64,000 nucleotides of DNA from Vermamoeba vermiformis (lineage: Eukaryota), in NCBI GenBank assembly GCA_045837725.1, contig JBEWZL010000102.1, forward strand, positions 124,001 through 188,000, in the 5' to 3' direction. The notes beneath the pieces were generated by a model. That model did no database searches. It saw only the letters and a program-made list of their open reading frames with translations, and was not told the origin of the DNA. Positions within the stretch are counted from its first letter, which is position 1. Every line of letters begins with the position of its first letter. Shown in pieces: positions 39,732 through 53,418 of the stretch. A program made the position numbers and the translations under genes.

Positions 39732-42506
39732 CTACTTGTTATCATAGGTCTTGACGACATGACGATGAGCCACAGCGACATCATCAGGCATGGCCACAAC
39801 GATGGATTGGTCCTCGTTGTAGCGGAACTCATCGGCAATAATCGGCTGGCTGTACTTTTTGATCTGGTACACATCTAAGATATTCTGTTTGACTTTTCTG
39901 AAGTTCCACGTGATGATGTACGGGCCAGTCGTGGTGGCAATCCATTTCTCACCGTTCTCGTTGATGTTGAATCGTGCTGGCGTGAATGACACTTTGCCAC
40001 CAATGCGTTGCAAGTGTTCAGGCTTCAGTTGCAGACGACGCGGCAAAGGTTTGTTCTTGCCCATACGTTTCTGACCATTGACATTAGCTTGAGCTCTATA
40101 ACTACTATCCAGCGTTTAGGACTTACCTCAAAGCCCAGGGCACGTTCTCCGTTGTTGTCGAATGTCGTTGGTGCCACTAACAAGTACGTCTTGCACGTGG
40201 CCAAGATCCACTTGCCATCAGCACTAGCGTCAATACCGATGATGGGGTCTAATGACAGAAGTCAGTTAACAACACTACTTTAATCTTTTTATCGACGTAC
40301 CTCCGAAACCAGGCAAAAGTGTCTTGGCGATGGGCTTGGCAGGCTCGGTAACTTTAGGCTTGCCTTCGAGTGTTTGCGCGCTGAAGAGTGAAATCGTGCC
40401 CTTTTTGCTACCCACAACCATATGACCATTTTCAGTCGTGGCTGCACAACTGAATCGACTTTGTGCGCCTGCGTTGTATTGGAAGCTGAAGAGGTAACAT
40501 TAGGGACTGTGAAACATTTGAACAAGCTGTGCACGTACTTGCGTGACTTGATCACCTTGGAGCCAGGCAGACGTGGGTCAATGGCCAAGAATCCCGTGTT
40601 GTTCACAGCGAGCAAAGTCTTCTGAGGCGTAACTTGTGCGAACTTGTGCTCAGGGACCAGTTGTTGAATAGCTTGGCCGTCTGTTTTCTGCGTGCCATGG
40701 CTGTTAGTATGCACTATAAACAGCTCAAAGAAGCCAGTACTTACCCACTCTTCGATGACTTGACCGCGCTCCAAGTCCATGTTGAACACGGAGCTCGAGT
40801 TGTCAGGGTGCAACAGCAACAACGAGCGATCAGCCTCGTGCAACATGATCTTCTTGGGCGAGAAGATCTCTTTTGTGCTCGGGTCTTTGATGTCTTTAAT
40901 TGACGTGACAAAGTTCAACTTGCTGTCTTTTTGTTTGAACACTCCAACACGCGAGCCTCGCACGACAAAAGATCGATCGGTTTTGAAACTACATTGCCAT
41001 TAGCTATCGATACGAGGCATGAGGTGTTTTGTCACTTACCCTACAGCCAGTGAACTGTTCTTGGCCCCTCGCGAGTCCTCGTCACGTGCCATGTCATCGT
41101 CTTCATCGTCAAAGCCCTCGTCCTCTTCTTCATCAAACTCCATCTGGTCCTCGTCTCTAATACCATCGTCCTCTTCCATCTTCACATTGTCGTCGTAACC
41201 GCCCATAATCCAGTCAATGTCCTCGTCCTTGTTCTTGCCGAAGGACGACTGTGCATTGACCTCCCACAGACCTCGTGAAAATGTCTCGCGGAACTTGGCG
41301 TCATCAATGTCGTTCTCAAACAAGACACACCACGTGAAGATGTGCTCTTCGTCTTGAATCGCCAGCCACACGAGACCACGACGATTGAGTGCTTTGTCTT
41401 GATAGAACTGCGCGTGCATCTCACTATCAATCTCTTGTGCGATGAGGGCCTTGTTCTCTTTAAACACATACAACATATCTGCAGCATATTAGTACAATGA
41501 CAATCAATCGTAGCTGACTAGTGACTTACACTTGAAGTTCTTGCCCTCGGTCAAGTTGTTAATTTGCACAGTGACTTGACGCTCCACTGGCTTGAACTGA
41601 TTTGCTTCATCGTTGAAAAGATAGAAGTCTGCAGCTAAATACAACTCACACGTGCCTTCAACATCCATATTCACCGCATTCACGACAGCTTTGACAGGTG
41701 TCGAAGGGACAACATTGGTGTTGTTATTACTATTGGCACTCGTCTGTTTAGCTGGGGTTGTGGGTGCTGATGTAGCAGTGTTCGTCGTTAACTTAATGCT
41801 CGACAACGGTCTTCGTGGAGATTAGTGTAAGAAATGTGCACGGGAGCAAAGTATTGCGCTGTACTTACACAAAACATTGAGCTAATTGGGCATCAGAGGC
41901 TTCTTCGTAGCTCTTCTTAGTCTCACTTTCATATACGCATTGCTTGATGGTGAGTTCAAATAAATTGATCATTTGTTCTTGCAGCTAACGAAAGAAAAGT
42001 CCGTGATCAAGTCTAACGCTAAAGAATTTGTAATAAACTACGTACCTCCTCGTCATATTCAAACAAATATCGTGTAGAATTGTTTCCCCACCAAGATATA
42101 CCATCATTTGAAGGTCCGTGGTCGCGTGCAAATTGAAGAGAATAAGAAATTGTGTATATTTCTCCAGGATCTTCGGTGACGTGTTAAATAATGCCTATGT
42201 ACGTATAACTTATTACCTTTCTCGTCTTCTTCATTAAAAACATTTAATTGATATTCGAAAGGCCGATCCGTTCGCGCAATGACGCAACCTGATCGCAGAT
42301 GTCTGTCAAGATGATTAATAATTAATTGTATTCGAGAAATATCAATCACTGTGTTCTTACATGCATTGCCAATCAGGTCTGGATGCATTGGTATTGAAAC
42401 GAAACAATGACCCGCTGATTTGGACTAGATTTGCCGAAGCTTCCTCTTCCTCGCTGTTATTCCCTTTTTTCCAAACCAAATTTGATATCGACTTCAATAA
42501 GAACAT
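39732..42506 (-). CDS. VID27: Vacuolar import/degradation protein VID27 family
   Basis: N-terminal PH-like domains; acidic linker; KNSSLAVG; FSPKKIMLH; MDLERGQVIEEW; IDPRL; WILATCKTYL; FTPARFN; TGPYIITWNF. Confidence 0.92.
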
Positions 42507-42693
42507 TGTGGTAACGCAGCAAGGTGTTATTAAAAAGAGCGGCAATTTCGCGAAGCAATTAAGTCATGATTCGTTTTTTTATCAATTTTATTTTTCAAGT
42601 CGTGACTTAACTGGACATTTTTTTGTGTCGTCGTTATTCCACTTCTCCTTTCTTTTCGTCCCTCTTGTAACCTCCAAAGCATAATAGACCATA

Positions 42694-43365
42694 ATGGTAA
42701 GAACAATTACGATGCCTAATGATATTGTTATCGTGGACGCAGCGAACTAGCATTTCGAATGAGGAGCGAAGCTACTTGGAGATTTGATCGAGCACATCGT
42801 GTTTCCAAATTAATTGTTGCTCAATTATTGACCAAATTATCGTGGAGTATATTGAACATTAATTATTGTGTTAAACGCCCTCATTACTCCAAAATTATAA
42901 TTTTGTAATTATTATTATTTAATATCTGCTTTGGCTTCAAAGGAAACAGTTATTAATATCGAATATTAGGGTGCCAACAAGACTTTGTACTTAAAAAAGA
43001 AGCTCGCCAAGAAGGCTAGACAAAACAGACCTCTCCCTCACTGGATTCGTCTCAGAACTGATAACACTATCAGGTGCGTTATAATTATTTGAAGCATCAC
43101 AACCCACCTTCACAGTTCAAATTTATGCATGCGGCTATTATTTACAGCAAATACCAGATGCTATCTTTTATCATTTGATCCACCAACAATTTCCGAAGCC
43201 ACTTGGATTACTAATAATTTTCCTTAATATTATTTAAATATTTGATAAATTACTCATCGATATCGTTGGTGTTACACGCCCATTAAAACAAAGATACTAA
43301 CTCGGTTTAATTACAGATACAACAGCAAGAGAAGACACTGGAGAAGAACTAAGTTGAACTTGTAA
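42694..43365 (+). CDS. RPL39: 60S ribosomal protein eL39 (exons 42694-42696, 42970-43073, 43317-43365)
   Basis: [51 protein letters not shown]; pyrimidine tract at ~42642-42666 upstream. Confidence 0.97.
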
Positions 43366-43656
43366 AGTTGGCCAATAAAAAAAAATACGGCTATGCTTTG
43401 TTATTAAAATAATCAAGTAGCAAATCTTATCGGGTTCTGATTCAGACGCTGTGGTGGATTCGTTTCCTGTACGATGCTGTTATTGTGGTGTGCAAACACC
43501 AGTTTGAAGATTAATGCGCTGCTGCCAATAATACTGATGACATTATTAAGTTAGTATTACTAAGGCACTGCTCTTACGAGAGGCAAGCTTGCCGCGTGTC
43601 TCGTTTTTAAACGACAAATTTCGTTCTCTGCTTCATTTCAATTTACAACTGCTAAC

Positions 43657-44664
43657 ATGTTTCAACGACTACTAGCAAAGCAGTTGACAAAGGTAAGTAT
43701 AGAGCGGCAAATGAGTTATTTGAACAAGCTAGCGACAGCTTCATCTTGATTTGACATCCACTTGCTCGGAGAGTGTTACAAATATTCACCAATAATAATT
43801 AATGATTAATTATACGTGGTGTTGATAAATATTACGTGCAAATAAGCCTTCAAATAATTTAAATATTTATGCATCCAATAAAATAATAATTGTTTTTTTA
43901 TTAGCACACATGCAGTGCGACTGCAAAAAGCACTGTTCAACGAGGATATCAATCGATTGCATCCAGCTTAATTAACAAACCAGTAATTGCAAGCGTAGCA
44001 GCTCATCGAAGTGAAGTCAGCCAAAATACTATTTCAAATGAATGGAAAAATCAAAATATGCAGTCCAGATTTTTAGTATCGAATTCTAGGTGAGGAGAAT
44101 ATTATATAGCATTATTTAAACTCTTGTGCGGAGAGTTACAGATCTAGATCCATTGTTTTGGTCCTTTTCTTACACGAGGCTAATTCGTTCTCAATAGTTT
44201 GTATAATATCGCTGAAGAGTGCAAGAAACAAGAGAAATCAGAGACTACTCTCCCTAGAATCAACCTTTTTTCAAACAACCCCATCCGTAAGTTTCGTGCC
44301 CTGCCTTGTCGAGTTAAAGCTGTAATATTAACTCATTTCTTAGAATATATGATGAACTTCGAAGGCGAGATGGAACAAGGCATTGCTGATGCTCCTTCTG
44401 CTCTTAATACAGGTACACAGTTGTTACAACACGGATCAGATCCGCGACTTCAAACACACGATACATTGTTTAATAAGCACTCGTGCCATAACACTAACAT
44501 ATACTATGACAGACATCCCTATGTTGGCTACATGGCGGCCATACCAACCCACAGTATTGCACCGCAAGAGAACACACGGCTTCCGAAGACGTTTAAAGTC
44601 AAAGAACGGACGACGTGTCCTCGCTCATCGCTTGCGCAAGGGTCGCTTCAGATTGGGCGTTTAA
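43657..44664 (+). CDS. MRPL34: Mitochondrial ribosomal protein bL34m with long N-terminal extension
   Basis: Presequence-like [12 protein letters not shown]; last exon [38 protein letters not shown]. Confidence 0.9.
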
Positions 44665-44788
44665 GTTGATACGAGCGAACAAAGACAATATGAAATCAAA
44701 ATGTGTATTCACCCTCCTGTTACATAGCCAATAAACGGCATTAGCGAAGAATTGTCCCCAAACTTAAATGTACAGCCAATTTGAAATT

Positions 44789-47700
44789 TTATTCTTCCAT
44801 CGCATCTTTATCTCTTCGCGACTTTTTCTTCTCTTTGTCGTCGTGTTTCTTGGTCTTGGCGTGTTTCTTATCTTCCACTTTTTCTTCGTGTTCTTCTTCG
44901 GCACTCAGATCCGCTTCATCTTCGAGTTTATCAGCGAGTGTTGAACCGAACAGATTCGATTGCAATTGCCCGACAATAACGGAGCGAATGTAGTTGACGT
45001 CTTGAGGGTTTGTTGACTTGATCTTCGTGTGACCGCGCAGCACATCCGTTGAGGTCTGCTTGATCGTGCCTTGTTCGCGTTCCAAGTCGAATTTGAGTTG
45101 TTTTAATGCTTCCTATAAGTTCATAAGGTTAGTATAGTGCTACAATAGTGTTATTAATGACATACATCGTATTGAGGCATGAGCTGGTTGACTTGTTCCC
45201 ATTCAATGTCGAATTCTTTTTGACGCGAGTTCTCAGCCTTGCGCAGAATGGTCTTGAAGAAGCGCACTTCCTCTTTGCGCAGAATAGTGAAACATTGGCC
45301 TGACCGACCTGCACGTGCTGTACGACCGACTCTGAAAGATAAAGTGGTTCATATAAGGACTCCTTTTGAGTGTTCAAATAGTACCTGTGAATGTAAGTTT
45401 TGATGTGTTTGGGGATGTCGTAGTTGATCACTGTTGTCACGTCGTCCAAATCGAGACCACGACTCATAATGTCCGAGCAGATGATTCTACATGTAGCAGC
45501 CATCGTTAGTACTAATCAAACAAGCAAGTGCATCACGTACAAGTTGATGGTGCCGTCTTTGAACTGCTTCAACATGCGTTCACGTTCGTGTTGTGCGAGG
45601 TTTGAAGAGTACTCCGCGAAGTGGAACTGCACAGCGTGTTCAGTGATCAGTGCGCGCAACAAGAGCGTCAAACGATGCGTGGCCTCGAGACTGGACGTGA
45701 AGCAGAGTGTTTGTGACAGTTTGAGCTTGTTGATCAGATAGGCCAACACGACTGGCTTGACTTCATTGCGACACACCACCATTTGTTGCTGATCACCCAA
45801 CAGTCAGTAATATTACTAAATAAGGCAATAGCACTACGTACCGTGAGAGTGGACGGTATCTTGTAAATGTACTCTGTAGTCGCGGTGAAGTACTTGGGAT
45901 TGACCAGTTTAAGACTGGCAATCTTGCGCGGGTTCTGCGTCAGTGTGGCCGAGAAAAGTAGCTTCTGGAGCTATAAATAGAGCGTTGTTAACTACTGCGC
46001 GAGTGTAGGATTGACACGTGTCACATGTCACTTACCTGTGGGAATTGAAGTGTCTCTTGACGCACTGCATTGATCGATCGTGTCGTGCACGGGTCAGAAA
46101 CGAATTCTTTGTTGCTAAATAAGGCAGTCAGAAATCACTGCAAAGAATGTAGGACTCGTGTACGTACTCTCCTTCCTTATTTGGCAATGCTAAAAACTGT
46201 CCGCGTTCAGTGTTGTGAATAGCTTTGAACATGTTTGACAGCCAGTCTTGATAGGATTGCATCAATAGACGATCAGCTTCGTCAATTACCTAATTAGGAA
46301 ATCAGTAACGGCAGTTGTGCATGCACCGAAAAGGGTAAAAAAAAATTCAAAAAGCATGATCAGTTCGAGTAGGAGGTAAGTTATAATCACGAGGTCATAA
46401 CAGTTTATCATCATGTGCTTTTTGAGAATTAAATTTCACTGAAAGTAGTGTCAATCAGTGACTTTCATTCGCGCCACTAGATCCCGAGTGCAAATAATTT
46501 GGGACGAAAAAAGAAGTTCAGAATGTGTCTATTAGTGTCGTATATACCGATTGAATAAGTTTTGCATTACTTACGAGGTAATTTACATGCTGGAGAGTGA
46601 ATCCAGGAGTGCCGTTAACATGATCCATCAAACGACCAGGTGTTGCGACTATAATATCGACATTGCTCACTCCTCCGCGTAAATTGGGCCTATTATTCAA
46701 TATTTAACGGCACTGCCATTATTTTGATCCAGTGGCACTACTCACGGTATTTTATCTGCGTCACCAACGAGACTGAATTGTTCTTCTTTGAATGATTTCT
46801 CACCATATATGGCTTGGAGCTATACAAGCATGGTATTAGAGTCTATTTATGCTACGATCATGATGATTAGCGTACCTTAAGTCCAGTTCCCTTGATCAGT
46901 TGTCGAAACACTTCTTTGACTTGCACGACGAGGTCTCTAGTGGGCACTAATACTACACAACGAACGCGTACAATGGAGCGCGTCATAAGGGCCTTATAAA
47001 TAATATTAAATACACGTACATGAACGGTTCTAAACTGGATCAGATGCCAGTACACGACGTTCAAAAAATCATCCGAGCATTCATTTGGGCACCAATTTAG
47101 CATTAAAATATGTAATATAATTATAAGGAAGACTTACGTTGACAATGGGAATGGCATAAGCTAAGGTCTTGCCAGATCCAGTCGGTGCACTCACGCAAAT
47201 ATCGCCACCAACGACATTAGCAGTCATAATATGCGGAATAACGCACATTTGTACGGGGAATAACTCGTCAATACCCATCTCGCGGAGATTGGTGATGATC
47301 TGACAGACAAATTAATACGAGTAGAACGCAAATAAGTAAGCTCGTTTGGTATATCAAGCAGAGTGCCAATACCATGTGGCAAATGAATAAAAATGAATAG
47401 AAAATAATAATAATAATAATAATACAATGTATCAATCATTTTCCCACTTACTTGTTCTTTGAGCAAATTCGTTTTCTGCAGATCGTCGAGTGATATTTTC
47501 TGATCTGAGCTAAAAAGAAGCGTTAGTGTATTGTATAACGATCGTATGCAATTTAAATAATCAAAAGCAGTTCAATAAACACGGATCTGGATCGCGCGTG
47601 TCAAAAATATTATTTAAATATTACAATAAATTGTAAAATAAATACCTTATTAAAACAGGATTCTTCATCCACTTAGGAACGACTTTATCTTGAATTGAGG

Positions 47701-47935
47701 TAACGATTGGTTCTTCAAATCTCCTTTTTTTCGGTCTAGATCTTCTGCCGTTCTCTTCTGGTACTGTCTCCACGTTGTCATTATTTACACCATTATTTTC
47801 ATTATTTACATCGTCTTCTTTTGGTTCTTGAATTCGAATCTCTTCTTCGCGATCGAGATCCAGATCCGCATCCTCTCGTTTGCGCTTCTTTGATTTATCC
47901 TTTGAATCTCTTTTCGGTTTAGTCTTATCTGCCAT
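44789..47935 (-). CDS. DDX51: DEAD-box RNA helicase DDX51/Dbp6
   Basis: [78 protein letters not shown]. Confidence 0.93.
46347..46425 (-). ncRNA. Intronic box C/D snoRNA in DDX51 intron 46290-46574
   Basis: Box C AUGAUGA (46408-46414), box D CUGA (46360-46363), perfect 10-bp flanking inverted repeat (46347-46356 / 46416-46425), internal D'/C'-like AUGA..GUGAUUA; guide CCUCCUACUCG complementary to the conserved LSU rRNA segment CGAGUAGGAGG. Confidence 0.85.
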
Positions 47936-48234
47936 ATTTGTGTGATGATGGAAAAGAAAGGCAACAAAAAATTACAGAACCAATGTTCATTGGTTTTTAA
48001 CTGACGAGAAGGACCAGAACCAGGATCAACTGAAGATTCTTAACCGCTACAAATGATAATATTATTATACGTTAGGCCAGAAGTAAAGCAGAGGGGTGGC
48101 ATCGAACACGTGCTTTCTTGAAATTGTAGATTTTCCCGGATTTTTTTTACGTTTTCTTTTTCGCGTGTTCTTGTCAATTAATTACCTCGTAATATCAATC
48201 AGATACCACAAAGCGATACGTTTTGAATTTATTA

Positions 48235-49420
48235 ATGGAGTCCAACACAAACTCAAGCGGATCTGTCAATAGAGTGGTAAGATCTGTCTCGTTTGACACC
48301 TTATTATTGACGTTACTGAAATATAAACTAACTGTTTTAAATCAGAAAAAACATCGAGTGCTCTTACCTATGACATTAAACCAAAAGAGATATTATAAGA
48401 TTGTGCTAGAAAAGAACTTTCAAAGCTTAACCGCTGCTGGCTTGCAAAAATACATTCCAAACACATCAAATATCGCTCCTTTATTGCAAAAAATCTGCAT
48501 TCATCCATTTTTGGTGCCTGGATTCGAGGAGCATTTGAGCATGAATCAAACTCCCGAGAAAATCAACGAGCTCCTCTTCAACAGCACACCAAGATACAAT
48601 TATATCGTACAAGTCATAGATAAGTGTAAGAAAGACAAAGAACGGATCGCAATTATCTGCTCTCGTAACGAAGCGTTGGATCTTGTGGCCAGTGCGCTTG
48701 AATCCAAGTAAGCCGTCTTCTTTAAACCGTGAAATCATATTAACGTATTGTCAGAGGACTTGATATCATAATTGTCAATTCAAAAGTGAAAGCAGCTCAA
48801 CGACAAGACGAGATCAACAAATTCAATGCGAGCACCGATCATTGTCTGCTTATCTCCTCAAAATTAGCACCCTCCTTCAGAATAGTAAGTTAACACAATA
48901 TTTTCTGTAGTATGACACTAACGATCGCTTAGAATGCTAATAAGGTGATTATTCATGACTTTACTGCATCTGACAAAGAGCTTCTGATTGGTGACTACAA
49001 TTTCATCACTGCACCTACAGTTGATGTGCAATGTTTACTAGTCGAACATTCGTACGAGCAGCTGGCATTTGAAAAGATGTTAGGCGAAGCTAATGTGACT
49101 TGGCCCGAAGAAGGATCTGCTCCAAACCAGATCGAGCCTCAAGCTCAAGATATCAACCGGTTGCTAAGGTTTGGTGCATATGAAACATTTAACGATAAAA
49201 GTCTATCGATGAAATACTTGCATCGCGCTCATCGTTTACGGATCAAACATCACCATTTCAAAAAGCAAGTTTTACTGCCAATACAGAAGAGCCTCAAATT
49301 GATATCAACGATCCGAATTTCTGGGAAAAGGTATTGCCTGAGGGCACTAGTGCTTATAATGTGGATCAGACCGAAAAACAATCTGACACACGCAGATACA
49401 ATACTAGAAATAGGAAATAA
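48235..49420 (+). CDS. Truncated CHD-type SNF2 protein: RecA lobe 2 and post-helicase region only; apparent -1 frameshift at 49197-49200
   Basis: LPMTLNQKRYYKIVLEKNF, LQKICIHPFL, LLRFGAYE, SIDEIL..R, FQKASF, DINDPNFWEKVL match CHD6-9/CHD-type motifs; no Walker A/B upstream (DDX51 start is 300 nt away). Confidence 0.75.
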
Positions 49421-49582
49421 TAAAGTAGCTAACAGCAGTTCTATCATATTGTTGTGAATGGGTGAATATATTGTACAAACTTTAAGTAATTCCGCAATAA
49501 TACAAGGTTGATCTCAGTAGATCGACAAAAACAAGGTCTAACTCGACCAAGTACAACAATAATAACAAGTGCTTCGTTAGGT

Positions 49583-51611
49583 TCATCCCGTGCCCTGTTC
49601 AGTCCGCACTGACGCACGAAATTCTTGCAGCTGCCGCAGAATTTCATCGCGGGCAGTTGATTCAAACACGTCCATTTGACCGTCCTATTATTAGAGAATA
49701 GTTTGTTAATATTATAAAAGTTATGCTTAACGTGTTATAGACGGGACCTACTTTATAAGTAATCGAGAATCGGGTCTCAGACTTGGGATAGATCGTGACT
49801 GATTGAATGGAATCTAACGAGTGCGACACTTTTTTGCCGTTCACTAAAATATCTAACGACACGACCTGGGTCGATGGATTTCGTGTCATTGATAGCTACA
49901 TGAAGCATTATTAGCATCGAGATAGTCGATATTAATATCAGACGTACCTGTGCGTCATCACTGGGGAAAACTTTGTACAATTTTTTGACGAAATATTTAC
50001 ATAGCACAGACTCGACTGAATCGATCTTCTGTTTCAGTGAAATCAACTTCATTGCCATCTTCGACAAGGTGATTTCTTTTTCTTGCAAGTCTTTGGTCAT
50101 TTTAGCGACTTCATATTCACTGAAACAAATGTAAGTTAATAACTTTGCCACGCCATGCATCAGTCTGAAATATCAGTATTATGATCACGATGAATATCGT
50201 ACCGTTGTTGCAAGTCCATTTCTAGTCGTTGATGGTCAGTATTTAACCTGTTGTATTTTCGTTTCCACGTTTCTAACTCTACTTCAAGTGCTCTAAAAAC
50301 GACGTCAGAAATACATCATACGGCCTCACATATAACAAATCACGTACACTTTCTCCTCGCAGACTAGAGTGTATTTCCGATCCAATTTCTTGGCTTCAGT
50401 TTTGTCTTGCTGAAGCTGTGCAATCTTGCTCGAATTGTCAGTCAGCCGTTGTTGCTGTTTGATGAGTGTCTCTTCGTATTGGTGCAACTTCCGTTCTAAC
50501 GAGAGAATTCTGTTCTTCAGCGAGGTGTTGTCGTGTTCTAGCCGCTGATTGGCCGTTGACAATTGTCTGTTGTGTTCACGAAAATGTTCGTTTTCACGCG
50601 TCAATTTCATCTTGAGACTCTGCAGCTCTCGTCGTTGTTTCAAATCAAATGCCAGTTCTACGCCCTCAGTGCCGGTACTAGTTGGAACGTCATTCTGTCC
50701 GCTCATAATATTCTTTTGCACGCTGTTCATAGTGCTGATAACAGGACTGTTCAGCATGCTGTCGGCACGAGAGTTTGAGCCCCCGCTGTCAGTTCTCGCA
50801 GTGTTGGGCATGTGCGTGCTGTTGGACGTGCCGTTGTTGCTCGGCGTCGCACTGTAACTGCGCGGCCTTTGACCCGAGGACAGGCCCAGATAAGGCATTG
50901 AGTCAATGAACAGTCCTGATTCTGTGTCCCGTTCGTCACGTGATCGAGGACTCTGCGCGATCGAGTGTGGCGTGGCAAGTAACGTGTAGTCAGTGCGCGG
51001 GGACGGTGAGCGCGTCAAGTCGCTGCTTTGGTTAGAATTTTCCAAAGAATTTGAATGAGATTCACGGCGCTGTTTGATGGGTGAATACAATGCTGCTAAA
51101 TGATCGCCTTCATCGACAGACATGCGAGGTGGTTCTGCATTTGATCGCGTTGTGTCGTCATTCTGATCTTTAATTGAATAATTGATTGAATTTTTCACGT
51201 TCGGCGGAGATCCTGAGCAAAATTAAATTAATAAATAACGGTCATGACCATATTAGACGTGATAATTATTGTGGTTTAATTGCCCGATAACGATTAAAGA
51301 ATTAAAAGAAAATTGAAAAATATTCGAGTCCTTATCAGCCCGTAAGAATAGAATTATTAACATATTGCATGAAAATATTATTTTTATCGTAATAATGCGC
51401 AATTATCATTATTACGAATTTATTTGATTTTAGATCAAAATTTTCGTTTTTATTCATTTCGGGTTTCGCAAGATGTATCACATAACTTCGAGAATGATCA
51501 TATCTTACCTTCGTTTAATTGGTGTATTAAATTTTTTAATTGTTGTTCGAGTTCAATTCGTTTCTGTCTTTCAGATTCCAATTGCTGTTTCAGATCAGCC
51601 GAATCTGACAT
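49583..51611 (-). CDS. Coiled-coil protein with Ser-rich linker and possible C-terminal PH-like domain
   Basis: MSDSADLKQQLESERQKRIELEQQL; heptad-rich exon; beta-rich C-terminus ending in a helix (VFESTARDEILRQL). Confidence 0.7.
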
Positions 51612-51700
51612 AGTTGCAATATAATATTACAATATGACAATCATCTATTGTTTGTGCATGGTTTGGAATCGCCAATGAACTGCGTAGAGCGGAAAAGTTT

Positions 51701-53418
51701 TTATTTGACAAACGCACCACGTGACGCCACTTCGATAGCGATCAGTTCCCTCCACAGTACTTTGAGAGACATATGACGTAGTTGTCGTTTGTCGAGGAGA
51801 GTGATCAGCCACTCTGCTTGTGTGTGCGTCAACAACTCACCAATCACAAAGCACATTGTGTGCAGTACCAGTTCTGAGGGCAGTTGTGCGAACAGGCCTC
51901 GCTCCATTGGTGTCAGTATTGTGAGCATTTTAGTGACAACGGCACCTAGACGAGGTGCGTATGTGCTGCATTCATAATTAGAGCGGTAATGCTTTGTGAG
52001 GGTACGTACATATTGCCGAAATGCAATGTCTGTAACGTCTCATTTATAGCCGAGTGATGCGGTGAACAGGTGAGGATGAGAGTGGTCTTAATGTGGCCGC
52101 TGAGTGAGGCCTATAGCAGTGTTATTAGTCCCTAAAGTGTCAAATTTATTGCAGAAGTTACCGTGAGCAATCGCGTCAATTTGCTGTCTCTGTATGGCAC
52201 GTGCTGTCGATTAGATGCCAGTGCAGTCAGACACTGCTTCAGCGAGGCTAATGACTTGTTGATATTGCCAGCCTACAGAGTAATTCAGCTCAGTACGTGC
52301 ACTGCTCTGATGAATGATTCTTACCTCACGCAATCCTAGAGCGCTAGTGAACATCGCTCGTTCAGACCCTGCAAGATCAACAAAAGTGAGAGTGCTTGAC
52401 GGACTGTTGGCTCTGTGCAGTGTGAGCAACACAATGGTGTGTGAGCGCGAGCTCAGTGTACTCATGCGCGTGCACTGAATGGCTCTGCTAGCGCGTTAGA
52501 ATTGCAACAGGGACACCAATCTACGCACGTACTTGTTGCTAGTACCTTGCTGTACAAGCTGATCAAACTCCGCTGTAGTGGTGATGGTCTGCTTACTTTG
52601 TTAGTACGAGCTCGGGCTCAGTATGGTTGCATCTGTCGTGTTGTTACCTCTTCACTCAAGTGCTCGATATATATTCGACGATCAACGCCTTCTCGGATGC
52701 GTAACTGATTATTATCGGACGGGTTCAGCAAGTCAAGCAGGTGTTCGTTGTAAATCTCTAATCAAAGGCATCAGTCTCGATGAGTGAGTCACGAGCTAAC
52801 TGACCGTAAAATGAGCACGTGACTTTGATGGTCTCGGCTGGTCTCTCATTGGCCAGGGCAAACAACAACTGGCCACTCAGCGGAATCAGTCCTTTGACCG
52901 CACCTGTGCCAAATATCGAATACGTCTTGCCCGTGCCTGTCTGTCCATAGGCCATTATCGTGTTGCTGACCCCGTGCCACAAGTCACTAGTGATATTAGT
53001 CAATCATGATTATAGACGATGCGAATGACATTTCTTACTGCACGGCCGGTTGAGCAACATTCTTGAAAAAATCTTCTGCGGTCGTCTCGGGAGGGAAGAT
53101 CTAAATATTATAAGGCACAGGCTTTGTGCGACTCAATTACATTCAAATACCTTGTCAAATTGAAATAGGGACGCTGATTTGTCCTCTGATAGTGTCACTG
53201 ATATAGCCCGGTCAATTAATATTGCTACTTTAGCACCTTTTTCATTCTCTTGCAAGGCTAGTTCGCGAGGTAGTGCTGGTCTCACTCTGCATACTACTCG
53301 GACTAGTTTAAATAAATTAAATTATTTTTTGTTTTTGTGAATTATAAATTGGAATCTTCTCACACTTATACGGCTTCTTTGTATTATCTTTTGTGTTATC
53401 TTTGGTATTTTTCTCCAT
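51701..53418 (-). CDS. Kinesin motor protein without an obvious stalk; short F-box-like C-terminal tail
   Basis: [74 protein letters not shown]; tail [17 protein letters not shown]. Confidence 0.9.

Noticed and set aside
47030-47100. Hairpin with CUGA in another DDX51 intron (possible second snoRNA)
   Set aside because: A 9-bp stem and D-like box exist, but no proper box C lies next to the stem
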